Source: Mytilus californianus
Taxonomy: Eukaryota
DNA: 64,000 nucleotides
Direction: 5' to 3'
NCBI RefSeq assembly: GCF_021869535.1
Contig: NW_026262700.1
Span: 682,001-746,000, forward strand
Shown here: piece by piece, positions 23,126 through 35,444 of the stretch
Layout of the letters: each line of letters begins with the position of its first letter
Position numbering within the stretch: the stretch's first letter is position 1
The notes under the pieces: model-generated
What the model was told of the DNA's origin: nothing
Database searches by the model: none
Seen by the model: the letters and a program-made list of their open reading frames with translations, nothing else
Program-made: the position numbers and the translations under genes

Positions 23126-24708
23126 ATGGCTGATCCACCACAGACGTCAGTGCAGGTGTTAAAGCACAAACATTCCATGTTGGGGGAGAGTTTGCTACCA
23201 GTTATTGCCAAATTGAAGGCCTGGGACCCTGATGCTAATTCTGGGGAGCTGTGTAGACTCAAGAAGAGGCACCCATTGGAGGAGTATAGCCTGGTACAGC
23301 TACGCACAGAGTTTGAGAGATTGGCGGGGGAGTCGGTGAAGGATATATTTGCCATTGTGGGAATTGATGAAAATTTGAAATCAGTTAGACAGTTGGTGCA
23401 CCTCACCATCCTTCAGGCCAACTTGGTTGGCATGCCGAAGGGCCAGGCATTGCAAAACGATGTGCAGGTGGGAGCTGATAATCAACAAGCACCCAGAACT
23501 ACAGGTACTTTCATTTGTCAGGTGGTGTTCATGTAAATACCACATTTTTTCTTCCAGTTTGGTCATTTAATCTTTTATTTTATTTTTAAACATTACTTTA
23601 GTTTTTGAACGTGCATGTTTTTTGTAAATTGAGGATGTACCCGTCAAGTTTTTTTTTAAATATTTCAGTTTTCAAGGATCAGTGTTAAATGATATTATTT
23701 ATTTTGCAATTGACAGTTTTGCATATATCATGTATATATTCTAGTATTTTTCTTTGTGCAGGTCTTAATTGAAGAGTAAACTTTTTGACTTGAATATATT
23801 TTATCTCAAATGTACTTTTTATTACAAGAACATGTAATTGTTGTACTGCGATTTTTGGATATCGGATCAAGCTATAATATAGGTATTTTGAATTTGTCTC
23901 CTTTGGTGTTTTGCTTTTTTATGTGTAAAAAAGTCCACATTTGAGGTACTTTAACCTTCGTGTACTTGTATGTTATATTTTTATTTTAGTGACACAGAGT
24001 TCTGGTGCTTCTGGCATGTCTGGGGCTAATGTTGATATATCCAGTAGAAGTAAAGATACTCAGAATCTACAGGTAACTTTGAGTAGTTTAAAGCAGGAAG
24101 TAGATGCTCTTAAGACAAAGAGATTAGATATGCAAGTGGACGAGGCTTTGGCAAATATAAGAACTTTAGCCAGTCGTCCAAAATTAACTGCACCACATGT
24201 TCTTTTATTGAGACTTTAGTGGATATTGCACATACGACAAATCACAAAGAAGCAGCTATGTTTTCTAAGGCTTTCTCAACCTGTAAGAAATATGAAGACA
24301 ATGAAGAGTTTTGCAGTTTAGTTTTAAAACTTTTTGGGTCGCAGGAGGATAAAAGAATAGCTTCTTTGGTTGCTGATTGGGCAAAATCTAGAGAGTATGA
24401 AAGTGGTGATAAAGTAAAGGAAAATACAAGGGGCAAGGTGCAGAATGATAACCCGGTAAATCCATATCCGATGCCAAGCTATCCTGGTTTTGGAATTATG
24501 CATCCTTATGGAAATTTTGCCGGCATTTCCTATGCCACCTATAGCTGCTTCTCAGGATTTTTCTCCTAGGCAGCAATTTTTTCGTGGTGGCAGGGGTAGG
24601 AGACAGAAATGTGTAGGCGCTTGTTTTTATTGCAAAAAGCCGGGACATTTTGTATCTAACTGTCCCAAGATAAAAATCAAAGCGCGAAAGCGCTGTAAAG
24701 GCAGTTAA
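23126..24708 (+). pseudogene. YR-element ORF1 (gag-like, C-terminal CCHC), probably spliced
   Basis: ORFs 23126..23536, 23941..24219, 24219..24569 and 24490..24708 (CFYCKKPGHFVSNCP); a candidate GT-AG intron at 23505-23989 preserves the frame. Confidence 0.75.
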
Positions 24709-24937
24709 TTACAGGTTGTGTGTATTTTTAGTCCAGTTATATCATTATCTTGCATAGTACAGTGTACTTATCAGAGGTGGCTTTCAGTATTTAAGATTTA
24801 GAGTCCTCTAATGATATTGAACAAGTTTTATGAATGTCATATTCTGAGCACTATATGAAGGCGATTGTTCTCACTTGTTTATGAACTAGTGCATTATGTC
24901 CAGTTTGTACCTTTTTTATCTATGTTTATAGTCAAAT

Positions 24938-25203
24938 TAGTTATCAAAGGTACCAGGATTATAATTTAATACGCCAGACGCGCGTTTCGTCTACATAAGA
25001 CTCATCAGTGACGCTCAGATCAAAATAGTTATAAAGCCAAACAAGTACAAAGTTGAAGAGCATTGAGGACCCAAAATTCCAAAAAGTTGCGCCAAATACG
25101 GCTAAGGTAATCTATTCCTTGGATAAGAAAATCCTTAGTTTTTCGAAAAATTCAAAGTTTTGTAACAGGAAGTTTATAAAAATGACCATATAATTGATAT
25201 TCA
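24938..25203 (-). mobile_element. Partial retrozyme / Penelope-LTR-like monomer
   Basis: Contains the hammerhead below; possible short duplication tcaaat at 24932-24937/25201-25206. Confidence 0.7.
24971..25014 (-). ncRNA. Type I hammerhead ribozyme (minimal, palindromic stem III)
   Basis: gcgtca CUGAUGA gucu-uaugu-agac GAA acgcgcgu C^ uggcgu: full core, 6-bp stem I, 4-bp stem II, GUC cleavage between 24977 and 24976. Confidence 0.88.
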
Positions 25204-25616
25204 AATACTGTTTAAAATAGTTAGGCATTTTCTTTTTAGTAATAAGTATATGTTATCAACTGTATTTTATTCAACTCTGCAAATGTGGTTTGGTACTGGT
25301 AAGTATGGATGATAGTTGTTTCATTGGCAATCATAACACATCTCCTTATTTATATAATGATCTATATTCAACGACCTCAGGTACAAAAAAAATGTATGTA
25401 ACTAAACTGTGATGGGAAACCTTTGACTTCTTTCTTTTATATAAACTTTTGATTTGGTACCATAGAACTATGTAGAATAAATGTACATTGCAACATGTCA
25501 ACTCTTTCAATGACAATACTTTTTTAGAAACTATAACTCCAAGCAAAATTATATTTCCAAGTTTCAAGTAATTTATGAATGAAAAAAGGAGTTCTTAATT
25601 AAGAAATAAACTGATT

Positions 25617-27072
25617 TGCTGAGCTCAGCTGGATACACCCGCAGAGGTCCAACCTTGAACAGTTGGGGCAAAAATGGACACAATATTCAAGCTTGATACA
25701 GGTCTGAATTTGGATTGTAATTAAATATTTGACATATTATAGTTTCTGAATAAATGTCGTCAAAGAACTTGAAATAGGTTATATGAATTGAATTTATATT
25801 CAATTAAAGATTTCTTGCTGTTGTGCAATAAACTGTGCTGTTGCGCAATACTTAATAAATCTGTTGCCAGACTGTAAACAAATAAAGTTCAATTTCTTCT
25901 CAATGTCATATTTGAAATTTATGAAAATCTATAGGGAGATTACATCAATAGCTATAAATGATTCACCAAAGTTTCATGCGAACTGCTTAAAGCATTTTTG
26001 AGTTGTTGTCCAACAACAGTGCACACGCTGAAATGTCTCGCCTTCTTTACTAATCACTGATATTATGTTGATAGTCCTTAATATAAAGCTTTATTACAAC
26101 TGTCACATAAACTTAACATTAACCAAGAAAACTAAACATTGACCAATGAACCATGAAAATGAGGTCAAGGTCAGATGAACCATGCTAGGCAGGCATGTAC
26201 AGCTAACAATTCTTCCATACAACAAATATAGTTGACCTATTGCTTATAGTTTAAGAAAAACAGACCAAAACACAAAAACTTAACAGAGCAATGAACTGTG
26301 AAAATGAGGTCAAGGTCAAATAAAACCTGCACGCTGACATAAAGATCATAAAATATTTCCATACACCAAATATAGTTGACCTATTGCATATAGTATTAGA
26401 AAAAAAGACCAAAACTCAAAATCTTAACTTTGACCACTGAACCATGAAAATGAGGTCAAGGTCAAATGACACCTGCCAGCTAGACATGTACATCTTACAA
26501 TCATTCCATACACCAAATATAGTAGACCTATTGCATACAGTATTAGAAAAACAGACCAAAACACAAAAACTTAACTATAACCACTGAACCATGAAAATGA
26601 GGTCAAGGTCAGATGACACCTGCCAGTTGGACATGTACACCTTACAGTCCTTCCATACACCGAATATACTTGACCTATTGCTTATAGTATCTGAGATATG
26701 GACTTGACCACCAAAACTTAACCTTGTTCACTGATCCATGAAATGAGGTCGAGTTCAAGTGAAAACTGTCTGACGGGCATGAGGACCTTGCAAGGTACGC
26801 ACATACCAAACATAGTTATCCTACTACTTATAATAAGAGAGAATTTAACATTACAAAAAATGTTAACTTTTTTTTCAAGTAGTCACTGAACCATGAAAAT
26901 GAGGTCAAGGACATTGGACATGTGGCCGACGGAAACCTCGTAACATGAGGTATCCATATACAAAGTATGAAGCAGCCAGGTCTTCCACCTTCTAAAATAT
27001 AAAGCTTTTAAGAAGTTAGCTAACGCCGCCGCTGCCACATCACTATCCCTATGTCGAGCTTTCTGCGACAAA
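25617..27072 (+). mobile_element. Helentron/HINE-like element(s) with six ~147-bp internal tandem units
   Basis: Anchor (c)catgaaaatgaggtcaagg or a close variant near 26151, 26297, 26442, 26589, 26736 and 26891; the end has a (gcc)n tract plus cactatccctatgtcgagctttctgcgac. Confidence 0.75.
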
Positions 27073-27182
27073 AACTGGAAAATCCCAATAAAACCCCATA
27101 ACTCAGAAATGTAAAATCTAAAATTTATAAAATTCTAAAGGGAGCTTACGGATTGATAATTTAGTCTTAGATGCAAGATTTT

Positions 27183-27712
27183 TTTATCAGTTGTTAGTGG
27201 CTTTGAACTAGCTGTCAGTAACTGCGAGTACTCTCAGATCTGTACTTAGTGTCTTTTTGTTGTTTGGATGTACAACTACCCGACCACGTCCACTTGTATT
27301 TGTATTTATCCATCTGATGAGTTAAGCCTCTTTCAACTGATTTTTATAGTTTGTTCTTATATTGTACTGTTACACCACTGTCCCAGGTAAGGGGGAAGGT
27401 TGGGATCCTGCTAACATGTTTAACCCCGACATATTCTGTCCCATGTCAGGAGCCTGTAATTCAGTGGTTGTCGTTTGTTTATGTGTTGCATATTTGTTAT
27501 ATTCGTTCATTTTTTGTACATAAATTAGGCCGTTAGTTTTCTTGTTTGAATTGTTTTACATTGTCATTTCGGGGCTTTTTATAGCTGACTGTGCGGTATG
27601 GGCTTTGCTCATTGTTGAAGGCCATACTGTGACCTATAGCTGTTAATTTCTGTGTCATTTGGTCTCTTGTAGAGAGTTGTCTCATTGGCAATCATACCAC
27701 ATCTTCTTTTTT
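27183..27712 (+). repeat. Dispersed repeat ending ctcattggcaatcataccacatcttct
   Basis: Related copies or fragments at ~25300-25350, 35561-35875, 42841-43190 and 43981-44240. Confidence 0.8.
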
Positions 27713-27989
27713 GTATTTACATCAACAGATATAAACAATTCATCAAAGTCAAGGTGAGACAACAAAACTTAGTGGTAAGATCTCTGAAATTTTTTACACG
27801 GTACAAGTTTTCTCATTATTGGAGACTGTACGGTGACAGTAACACCTGTAACTGCTTAAACCCATTTCTTATGCACTTTAGTTCGATAAACTCACTGAAT
27901 ATCATACCACATCTCCTTATTTTTATATGCATTACAATTTACATGTGCATGTAATTATAAATATATATATATCAGAACAAAATTCATTG

Positions 27990-29957
27990 CGTCACTTTTA
28001 TTTCTGCATCCTTTGGCACAATACAAGTTCTAAAATTACACAACATAAAACAACTAAATGTTATTTCAGATGAAAGTTTTGTTTCAGTTCCATTCATAGG
28101 ATTTGTGAGAATTTTGTATGTTTTGCCAAGTCAAATAATTCGTTCTATGTGCACATGTTAATTGGAGACTTTTCTATCCCGTATAAGAGTTTTGGAACTA
28201 ATTCTGTTTCTTTTTTTGAAAAAAGTTAGCAAACAAATCTTGCACATTTAAACCTTTGTCTGCCATCACACTGTCACCTGGATCACATAATTGAACTACA
28301 TTTTGTATTCTACATCTTTCAACTATTTCATAGTCACTGGTAGAACCAACATATGCATTAGAGACATAGTTGACTAAACCACCAGGCGTCGAACATTCAA
28401 GTATTTTCAGTGTTTCTGTTTTTATATGATGAAAAGGTTGCCTGAGCTCTAGGAGCTTTAGGTTTTATCACGGGATATTCTGTGCTGTCAATAATAATCC
28501 AAGTCGTAGGAAACTTTAATTTGAAGTTGGATGGCGAAAAATGCCTGACTAAACCACTAGATGGCCAAGTGTTAGCCTCACACCACTGTTTAGGCATAAA
28601 AACAATCCATGTATACACAATATTCTTAACACTAGATTCAATCTAGAATCTAGAAAGTTCAAAGTTGGTTGTATAATGCCTCAATTTCTTCAAAGTCATA
28701 AAAAAAAACTGATTTTCAACTGACACCCTATCAATTTGAAAATATATGTATCTCAAACAATGTGCTGTTGGACCAAGTGTGGTCAAAACAAATAAAAATT
28801 TAGTATACAACTCTAAACCGGTATAAAAATGCATGGCTGTGTCACGTGTCTTCATTTCAAAATTCTCTGCTGAAAACATAGACATTGATGGTGTTTGCGT
28901 AATTCCATCTTTGAAGCTCAACATTAGCTCTTAGTTGGTGGTGGACAGTCATAAATCCTTTCTGCAGTATGAATGACTTCTTCAGGAAAACCAACTTTAC
29001 AATCAAAACTTTCCTCTAGATTTCTACTACAATATTCATCAAGTTTAGTTCTTTTGTTTTCACAGGAAACTGCCCTGATTTTTCTTTTTGCGGACGATTC
29101 AGTCTCTTGCTCGGTCCAGGAAAATAGGCTGGGAATGGCAGTAGACTTAAGTCTCTGTATGGTGGGTTTGCGCCCTGAAAAAGGTTATAAAACATTAGTT
29201 TTTTGATAATTAAATGAACTTCCATTAGCAATGTATACTTTGTATTACCTGGCGAAATATTAACTAGATTTATTCATTACAATCTGGATAAAACTATGTT
29301 TGCCTGATTCAATGTATGTTATGTAAATCCAAAGGACAAACAATGAGAGACTTATGCAACAAACGTACATTGTTTGTACCTAAATAACTATAATATAGAT
29401 GAGAGCATGTCACTGTTTTGTTCCTGTTAACATTGTCATTGATATTTTTCAAGAAAGTCTATGAGGCATAGCTTATGCATTCCTGTCATTACTACATTAG
29501 CATAATTACTGCTAAAATAATTCTCAGTATGATATACCTCTTGTAAGAAATCATTATAATTGTAGCAATCACCAAAAAATCTCACACAGATCACATTGAA
29601 TCGTAATCCAAAAAATTATGACGTCTTGAATTAACCACCCCCTTTTATTCTAAAACGATAATTGCGGTTGTAAACATACTTTGGTTTATTCGCATGGCGA
29701 TTACATATATAACTATATATTTCAAAAAGAAAATAGAGTTTTACCATGAATAGTTTCCTGCACGTAGTCTTTTTCAGTAAAATGTGCCTTGCAAACAACA
29801 GCTGATTGAGATGGACTCCACGATTTCATCGTGTTCTCGTCCAATCTACGTTTGGGCCATGGCGTTGATCCAACTTTTCCTTCTTTTTAAGTCATTTGGA
29901 AATGCATGTCCTCCTCTTAAATGACATCCAGGAACACAACAACAAGTACTTGGCATC
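27990..29957 (-). mobile_element. THAP + DDE_Tnp_4 (ISL2EU/Harbinger-related) transposase relic nested in the YR element
   Basis: THAP: MPSTCCCVPGCHLRGGHAFPNDLKRRKSWI...WSPSQSAVVCKAHFTEKDY (29760-29957); DDE: IIIDSTE, TFSSYKNRNT, GDSVMADKG, VHIERII..KTYKIL. Confidence 0.85.
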
Positions 29958-30987
29958 GTTAATTAAAAATGTAACTGAAATAGTTGCAGTGCAGAAACCG
30001 GAAGTTGAGGAACAGGATCGGCTACCACGGCGCCACCTATTCAGGAACGATAATTTGCTACTTTATATAACTGCGAAATAACAATAACGTTAGACGGGTT
30101 CACGTGCATAGACAGAAATGCGCTTTAAATTGTATAATATAATTAATGTTCAGTCGACTCTTAATTATTATATCAACGACTGAAATGATTTATAAACATC
30201 TAGATTGCAGATAACACTCGAAATTAACCCGAGCTCTTTCCACACGGAATTCAAATAATTCTAGTTTGTCAATCGGTTGACTGCTTATAATGCAAAATAC
30301 AAATATATCAAAAGTTTTTAAAACTAACAAAACACAATGATCGTTTCTCTATTTCCCAATGTAAATGAAATGAAACAAAAAACATTTTATATCACAATAA
30401 GAAGAGGAGAGAATTCAACATTTCCGGATCTACTTGGAGCCTAATGACCCCCCACGTAGATAAGTTGGATATCACGGAAGGAAGGATTAACCCGGCAACT
30501 AGAAAGGCATTAAAGCACTGCCTTTAAAAAGAGTGACTGAACAATCTGGAAAAAGTATTAACTGTTCATTTGTTGATTTAGCATGTGTAGACTTTGTTGT
30601 GTTTACTTTATTATGGTTTTTTTAAACATACTTGAGGTTGTCACATAGAAGTGAAACAACAATTTTTTATATACCTAATTTTCTTGAAGACTTGTGTGTA
30701 TATACATGTACTGATGTGTAGAATTTTGTGGGTATTCAGGGGAGAAAACTATCGATTATTTTCTTACAAGTATTTTAAGTTATGACAAGTAGGAAATAAC
30801 TATGCCGTTTCGATATTTCTAATTTAGGTTACTTATAATTATTTTAGAAATGATAATGTACATTTTTGATGCCTGACTTTCCTCCTTAAGAGTGCTAATC
30901 TCTTAGTGGAATTTTTTATATCACGTGGGAGGGAGGCTGGGTATCTGTCTCTCTGAAAGTTTTTTAAATTTTCTATTTTTCTAAGAG

Positions 30988-32127
30988 GTGTCTTTTCTAA
31001 AAGAAAACAAAAAGTTTAGGTTTGATCCTGATATTCCAGAATGGGAATTATCTGCTGGTTTTGACCCTGAAAAAGCTCTGGGTCGGGGTTTTTCAGAATT
31101 TTCGTGGGTTAATGCTATCGGAGAGATAACCCAGCCTTCCTCACACATTACATCTGCAGAAGAAGTGGCAAGAGGAGACAGTTTTGATTTTGATCAACTG
31201 GTTTTTAGAGATCCAAATAACTTTTTAGCTGGTAGTTTAAGTAATAATTTAGCAGCATGGGAAGAAATTGATACCCCATCTGAGCAATTAGGTTGGATTA
31301 AAGATGGGGTAGACATTCACAGTATGTTTAGACATTTTGCTGGGAATTTTAAGGGGAAAAGTTATAACTCCAATATACCACCAACTTCTTATTTCCCAAA
31401 TGCTTCAAATTGTAAGAATTTTGTAGAGTTTATAACTGAAACTTTAATGAGTAGAATAGCTAATGGGTCCATTTCTGTGGTAGGAAAGGTTGGGCAGTGC
31501 CAACCCCTTTATCTTGTGATGCCCATCACTATAGAGCCTTCCAAGCCAAGAATGTGTCATGATGAGCGGTTTTTAAATCTGTGGACTAAAGATCATCCGT
31601 TCTCTCTTGATACTTTAAAGGATGTGCCTAGAGTTATTTCTGAGAATTCTTATTTATCTTCTTTAGATGACAAGTCTGGCTATGATCACATTTTACTACA
31701 TCCTCACAGTAAGATGTATTTTGGTTTACAGTTTGGTGGTTGGTTTATGGTTTATAATAGTATTCCATTTGGGTTTAAAGCTAGTGCCTTTATATACCAT
31801 ACTACTGGCCTGGTAGCTATGAGCTATTGTAGATCTTTAGGTGTTCCTGGGTCGCTATACATTGATGATAGATTGGTACCAGAGTGGAAAGGGGACAGTA
31901 TTGATAAGGCTGACCCTTATTATTTGGCCCTTATAGGTTTATACATAGTCTGTCAAGTTTTAGTGAGACTTGGTTATTTCCTTAATTTGACCAAATGTGT
32001 TTTAACACCTACAAAGTGTTTAAAATTTTTAGGAATGTTGTGTGATTCCAGCAAAATGGCTTTCATTTTGCCCCAAGAGAAAAAGATATCTTTTTCTGAA
32101 CTAAGGGAAAAAAATTTTGGCAAATGA
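30988..32127 (+). CDS. DIRS/Ngaro-type reverse transcriptase
   Basis: SKPRMCHDERFLN, DDKSGYDHI, PFGFKAS, YIDD, KFLGM. Confidence 0.92.
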   Translation: MSFLKENKKFRFDPDIPEWELSAGFDPEKALGRGFSEFSWVNAIGEITQPSSHITSAEEVARGDSFDFDQLVFRDPNNFLAGSLSNNLAAWEEIDTPSEQLGWIKDGVDIHSMFRHFAGNFKGKSYNSNIPPTSYFPNASNCKNFVEFITETLMSRIANGSISVVGKVGQCQPLYLVMPITIEPSKPRMCHDERFLNLWTKDHPFSLDTLKDVPRVISENSYLSSLDDKSGYDHILLHPHSKMYFGLQFGGWFMVYNSIPFGFKASAFIYHTTGLVAMSYCRSLGVPGSLYIDDRLVPEWKGDSIDKADPYYLALIGLYIVCQVLVRLGYFLNLTKCVLTPTKCLKFLGMLCDSSKMAFILPQEKKISFSELREKNFGK

Positions 32128-32560
32128 TGAAGTAGCCCTTAAAACTTTACAAAGGTTTGCTGGGAAGTGTATATCTTTTGTACTTGCAATCCCAGGATCA
32201 AGACTGTATTCTAGGGAAGTAAATAGGGCAGTTGGAATCGCATTTAAAAACAGCCGGCCGATAAAGATTTATAAAGAATTAAGGGCGGAGATTTCCATGT
32301 GGCGTTTTCTCGACAATTGGACGGGTTGTGCCCCCTGGCGCGATGAGAAACATATTCAGGTTGTTTTGGCGTCAGATGCAACTCCTAATAAATGGGGATC
32401 TTTTTTGGTTCACAAAGGAAAGACTAAAGAGTTTGGTGATTTCTGGATTCAGGGCCAGAATTCTGAGGAAGCTATACATGTTAAAGAGGGTTTTGCTTTA
32501 CTTAATACATTGAAGTCTGTTCAATCTCAGTTAATGGATCATCGAGTCGATGCATTCTGA
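32117..32560 (+). CDS. DIRS/Ngaro-type RNase H (frameshifted from RT)
   Basis: LQRFAGKC, LASDATPNKWG, IHVKEGFA; continues into SDNMAVV..W..QGG of the next ORF. Confidence 0.85.
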   Translation: MANDEVALKTLQRFAGKCISFVLAIPGSRLYSREVNRAVGIAFKNSRPIKIYKELRAEISMWRFLDNWTGCAPWRDEKHIQVVLASDATPNKWGSFLVHKGKTKEFGDFWIQGQNSEEAIHVKEGFALLNTLKSVQSQLMDHRVDAF

Positions 32561-33194
32561 CAATATGGCAGTAGTTAAGGCGTGGGAGAATCAAGGTGGT
32601 CGGGATCCCAGTTTGAATGCCGTATTGAAGGACATTTTTTATTTCACACATGAATTTAACATAAGTCTTCATGTGCATTTTATTGCTTCTGCTGATAATC
32701 CTGCAGATAAAGAATCTAGAAGGATGTCTAAAGCTGATGAAAAATTGTCAGATGAATATTGGAGGTTTGTTGAGGACAAGTTTGGTCCCCACTCCATAGA
32801 TTTAATGGCTCTTGATTCAAATGTTATGCTTGATTCTAATGGTCAGCCTCTTAAACACTTCACGCCATTTCCCTGTAAGAGTTCTTCTGGGGTAAATATT
32901 TTTTCACAGGATATATCAAAAGAGATGAACCCATATGTATTTCCGCCATTTCATCTTATATTTGCGGTATTTAGACATCTACAACAGTGTAAGGTTTCAA
33001 GTTGTACCATGATAGTGCCTTCAATTCTGCCGAAACAAACTTGGTTTCCAATCATTTGGTTACATGTTGAAAAGTGGGATACTTTAGCAAGGAAAGGGGA
33101 TTCTAAGGCTCTTCTGTACCCAACTGTAAAGGGATATGCTTTTGACAAAAAGGGTTTAATTTGGGATTTACTTGTGTTAAGGCTTAGTTTTTAA
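32550..33194 (+). CDS. RNase H end plus methyltransferase-like domain
   Basis: NPADKESR, IDLMALDSN, GVNIFSQD, YVFPPF, IVP.....WFP are typical of the DIRS MT-like region. Confidence 0.75.
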   Translation: MHSDNMAVVKAWENQGGRDPSLNAVLKDIFYFTHEFNISLHVHFIASADNPADKESRRMSKADEKLSDEYWRFVEDKFGPHSIDLMALDSNVMLDSNGQPLKHFTPFPCKSSSGVNIFSQDISKEMNPYVFPPFHLIFAVFRHLQQCKVSSCTMIVPSILPKQTWFPIIWLHVEKWDTLARKGDSKALLYPTVKGYAFDKKGLIWDLLVLRLSF

Positions 33195-33232
33195 GAGCTG
33201 TATTTTTGTTCTTTTAGGCAAACATCCCTAGA

Positions 33233-34516
33233 ATGTGGCTGCCACCTGAACGCTGCAGTGTATGTAATCATGTGAACGACTATGGTTTTAAATTTTGTCA
33301 ATCATGTGGTCGAGACAATCTAGGACAACAGACTGGACTAGATAATGGAGACGACTATATTGTAGAAAAGCGTTTAGATTACTTAAATCTTATGATTTCC
33401 AGTTCAGAATACATGAGAAAAAAGTCTGCTTTAGAAAAACAATTTGAACTGTTTCTAAAATCTTTGGGAAAATGCGTTCTGACAGCCACTCCTAGGGATG
33501 TTACACGAATTTTTGTTCTCAAGGATGGAAAAGGGAAATCCCAGATTCATGATTTGAATTGTAAAAATTTGGGGAAGTTTGGTACTTTCACTTGTAACTG
33601 CCCTTGTAGATTAGCTGCTGGCACAGTTAAGTCATATTTAGGACAATTGAAATCAATCTTTGAATTAAGTGGAAGGGGGATAAATGGTATGATGCCACAT
33701 CAGGTGGAAATCCTGCTTGTAGTTTGGAGGTGAAAAACTATTTGAAAGCCATTCAGTTAGAACAAGCAAAATCTCATGTGCAATAAAAACAGGCAAAGCC
33801 ATTATTTCTAGGGAAGTTGAAATCGGTATGTGAATATTTGGATGCTAGATTACAAAATCCAAGTTTATCTTTAGCTGAGAAGTATGTTGTTTTAAGAGAC
33901 CAGGCATTCTTTAAATTGAAGTATTTTTCAGGTGATCGTGCTAATTACCTTGGACTTATCCTTATTCAGGAAGTTAAAAGGTTTCAGGGTAGTTCTGGTA
34001 TTATATTTTCCCATACTGTTGGGAAAACATTGGGAAATGGTAAGGTTAACGAGTTTTCAGTCTTTAGAATGGAGGATAAGGTTATATGTCCTGTTTTTTG
34101 CTTTGGAGAGGTATATTGAGGGAGCCAAAAATCTTGGGGTGACGATTGAAACTGGTTATCTTTTTCGTACTTTGAATTTAAATAGAACTATGGTGTTAGA
34201 TATGCCTGTTTCATCAAGTACAATGAATGATAGGTTGAAAAAATATCTTACAAAGCTTTGTTTGTATGAGGGTGAAACCCCCCATGGGAATCGTGGGGCA
34301 TGTGCAATAACAATGGCACTATCAGGGATAAACACGCATGACGCCATGGACCATATAGGTTGGTCATCAAATAGCTCTTTCAAGAGATATAGCAGAATTT
34401 CAAAGATGGTTGGTAGAGGATCAGTTGGCTCTTTGATGAGGAATATTGTCCAAAATAATAATCCTGTTGAATCTGTATTTGAGTCTCTTAAGTACAACAA
34501 AAGATTTTTGAGTTAG
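33233..34516 (+). pseudogene. Tyrosine recombinase with N-terminal zinc ribbon (frameshifted)
   Basis: CSVC...CQSC; RLAAGTVKSYLG; catalytic R-H-R-W-Y pattern GDR, TPHGNRG, GWSS...RY across ORFs 33233..33733, 33817..34119 and 33932..34516. Confidence 0.9.
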
Positions 34517-35311
34517 ACACCATGTTTTTTGGTTTAAATGTGTAGTGTTACGATTTTTGTAATCCTTGGGAGATAACTTCAAAAATTTTAACATCAAGAA
34601 TTTGATAAATTTTAACATTTAGAATCTAATAAGATTTTCTATCTATATACTGAGAGAAATTTGTTTTTACAGATGTTTGCTGGTGATTGTTTCCTTAATA
34701 TTTTCAAGGTCCTTTGTTCATGTACTAAATTTCTACTTTCTTTTATGTTTATTTGCAACATTAATATGATTTTTTCAATATGTTTATAATCTTTTTATTT
34801 TTATGTTGGATCATCTTGAAGAACTTTTATAGTACATGATTTTCCCGGTATATTTTACTTTTCCGGAGCATCTCGGTTATTATGGTTATCTTGAATCTCT
34901 GCAGCAAACATCTTTATTATAAAAGTATAATGGAAAAGTTTGATAATAAAATATTTCATTCTAGGGTGTGATACTTTGATGATTTTATTTATCTCCCTTA
35001 GATTATAGTCTGTACATGTTAGTTTATTTTTTGTGTATCACAAAAAATAAACTATGTGTTGGGGACTGAATATCATACTGAAATCTACAATGTATCTTTG
35101 ATATGAATCTTTATTACATGAATGTTAATATTTCATATGCATTTTTATGTAGATGTCTACTGTATTTCATGAATAAATTGGTGTTTTGTTAATGGTTGTT
35201 TCTTTTTAATGATTATAAGTTGTGGGTTGAGTATTGGGTGGATTTGAACTTATAAACGTATAGTCATAGACATTCAAGGGGAGATAGAGAGCAAACATGA
35301 TGTTAAGTGGG

Positions 35312-35444
35312 AAGTTTTTATCCATCTTCACCCAATACTAACTATACTTAGTCACATTGAGTGTATTTGCTTAGGATAGTTCAGTATCTTAAGTAAATCT
35401 CACGAGATGTGACGAGAACCCTCATTCTGGTCGCAGTTCCCGGC
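35312..35444 (+). repeat. B1-A2 internal junction repeat
   Basis: The 74-bp B is joined directly to the 60-bp A, sharing one T. Confidence 0.95.

Noticed and set aside
26150-26960. CRISPR-like regular repeats
   Set aside because: The intervening sequences are homologous to each other, the context is eukaryotic, and there are no cas genes.
27314-27345. CTGATGAG hammerhead core
   Set aside because: No stem II followed by GAAA downstream.
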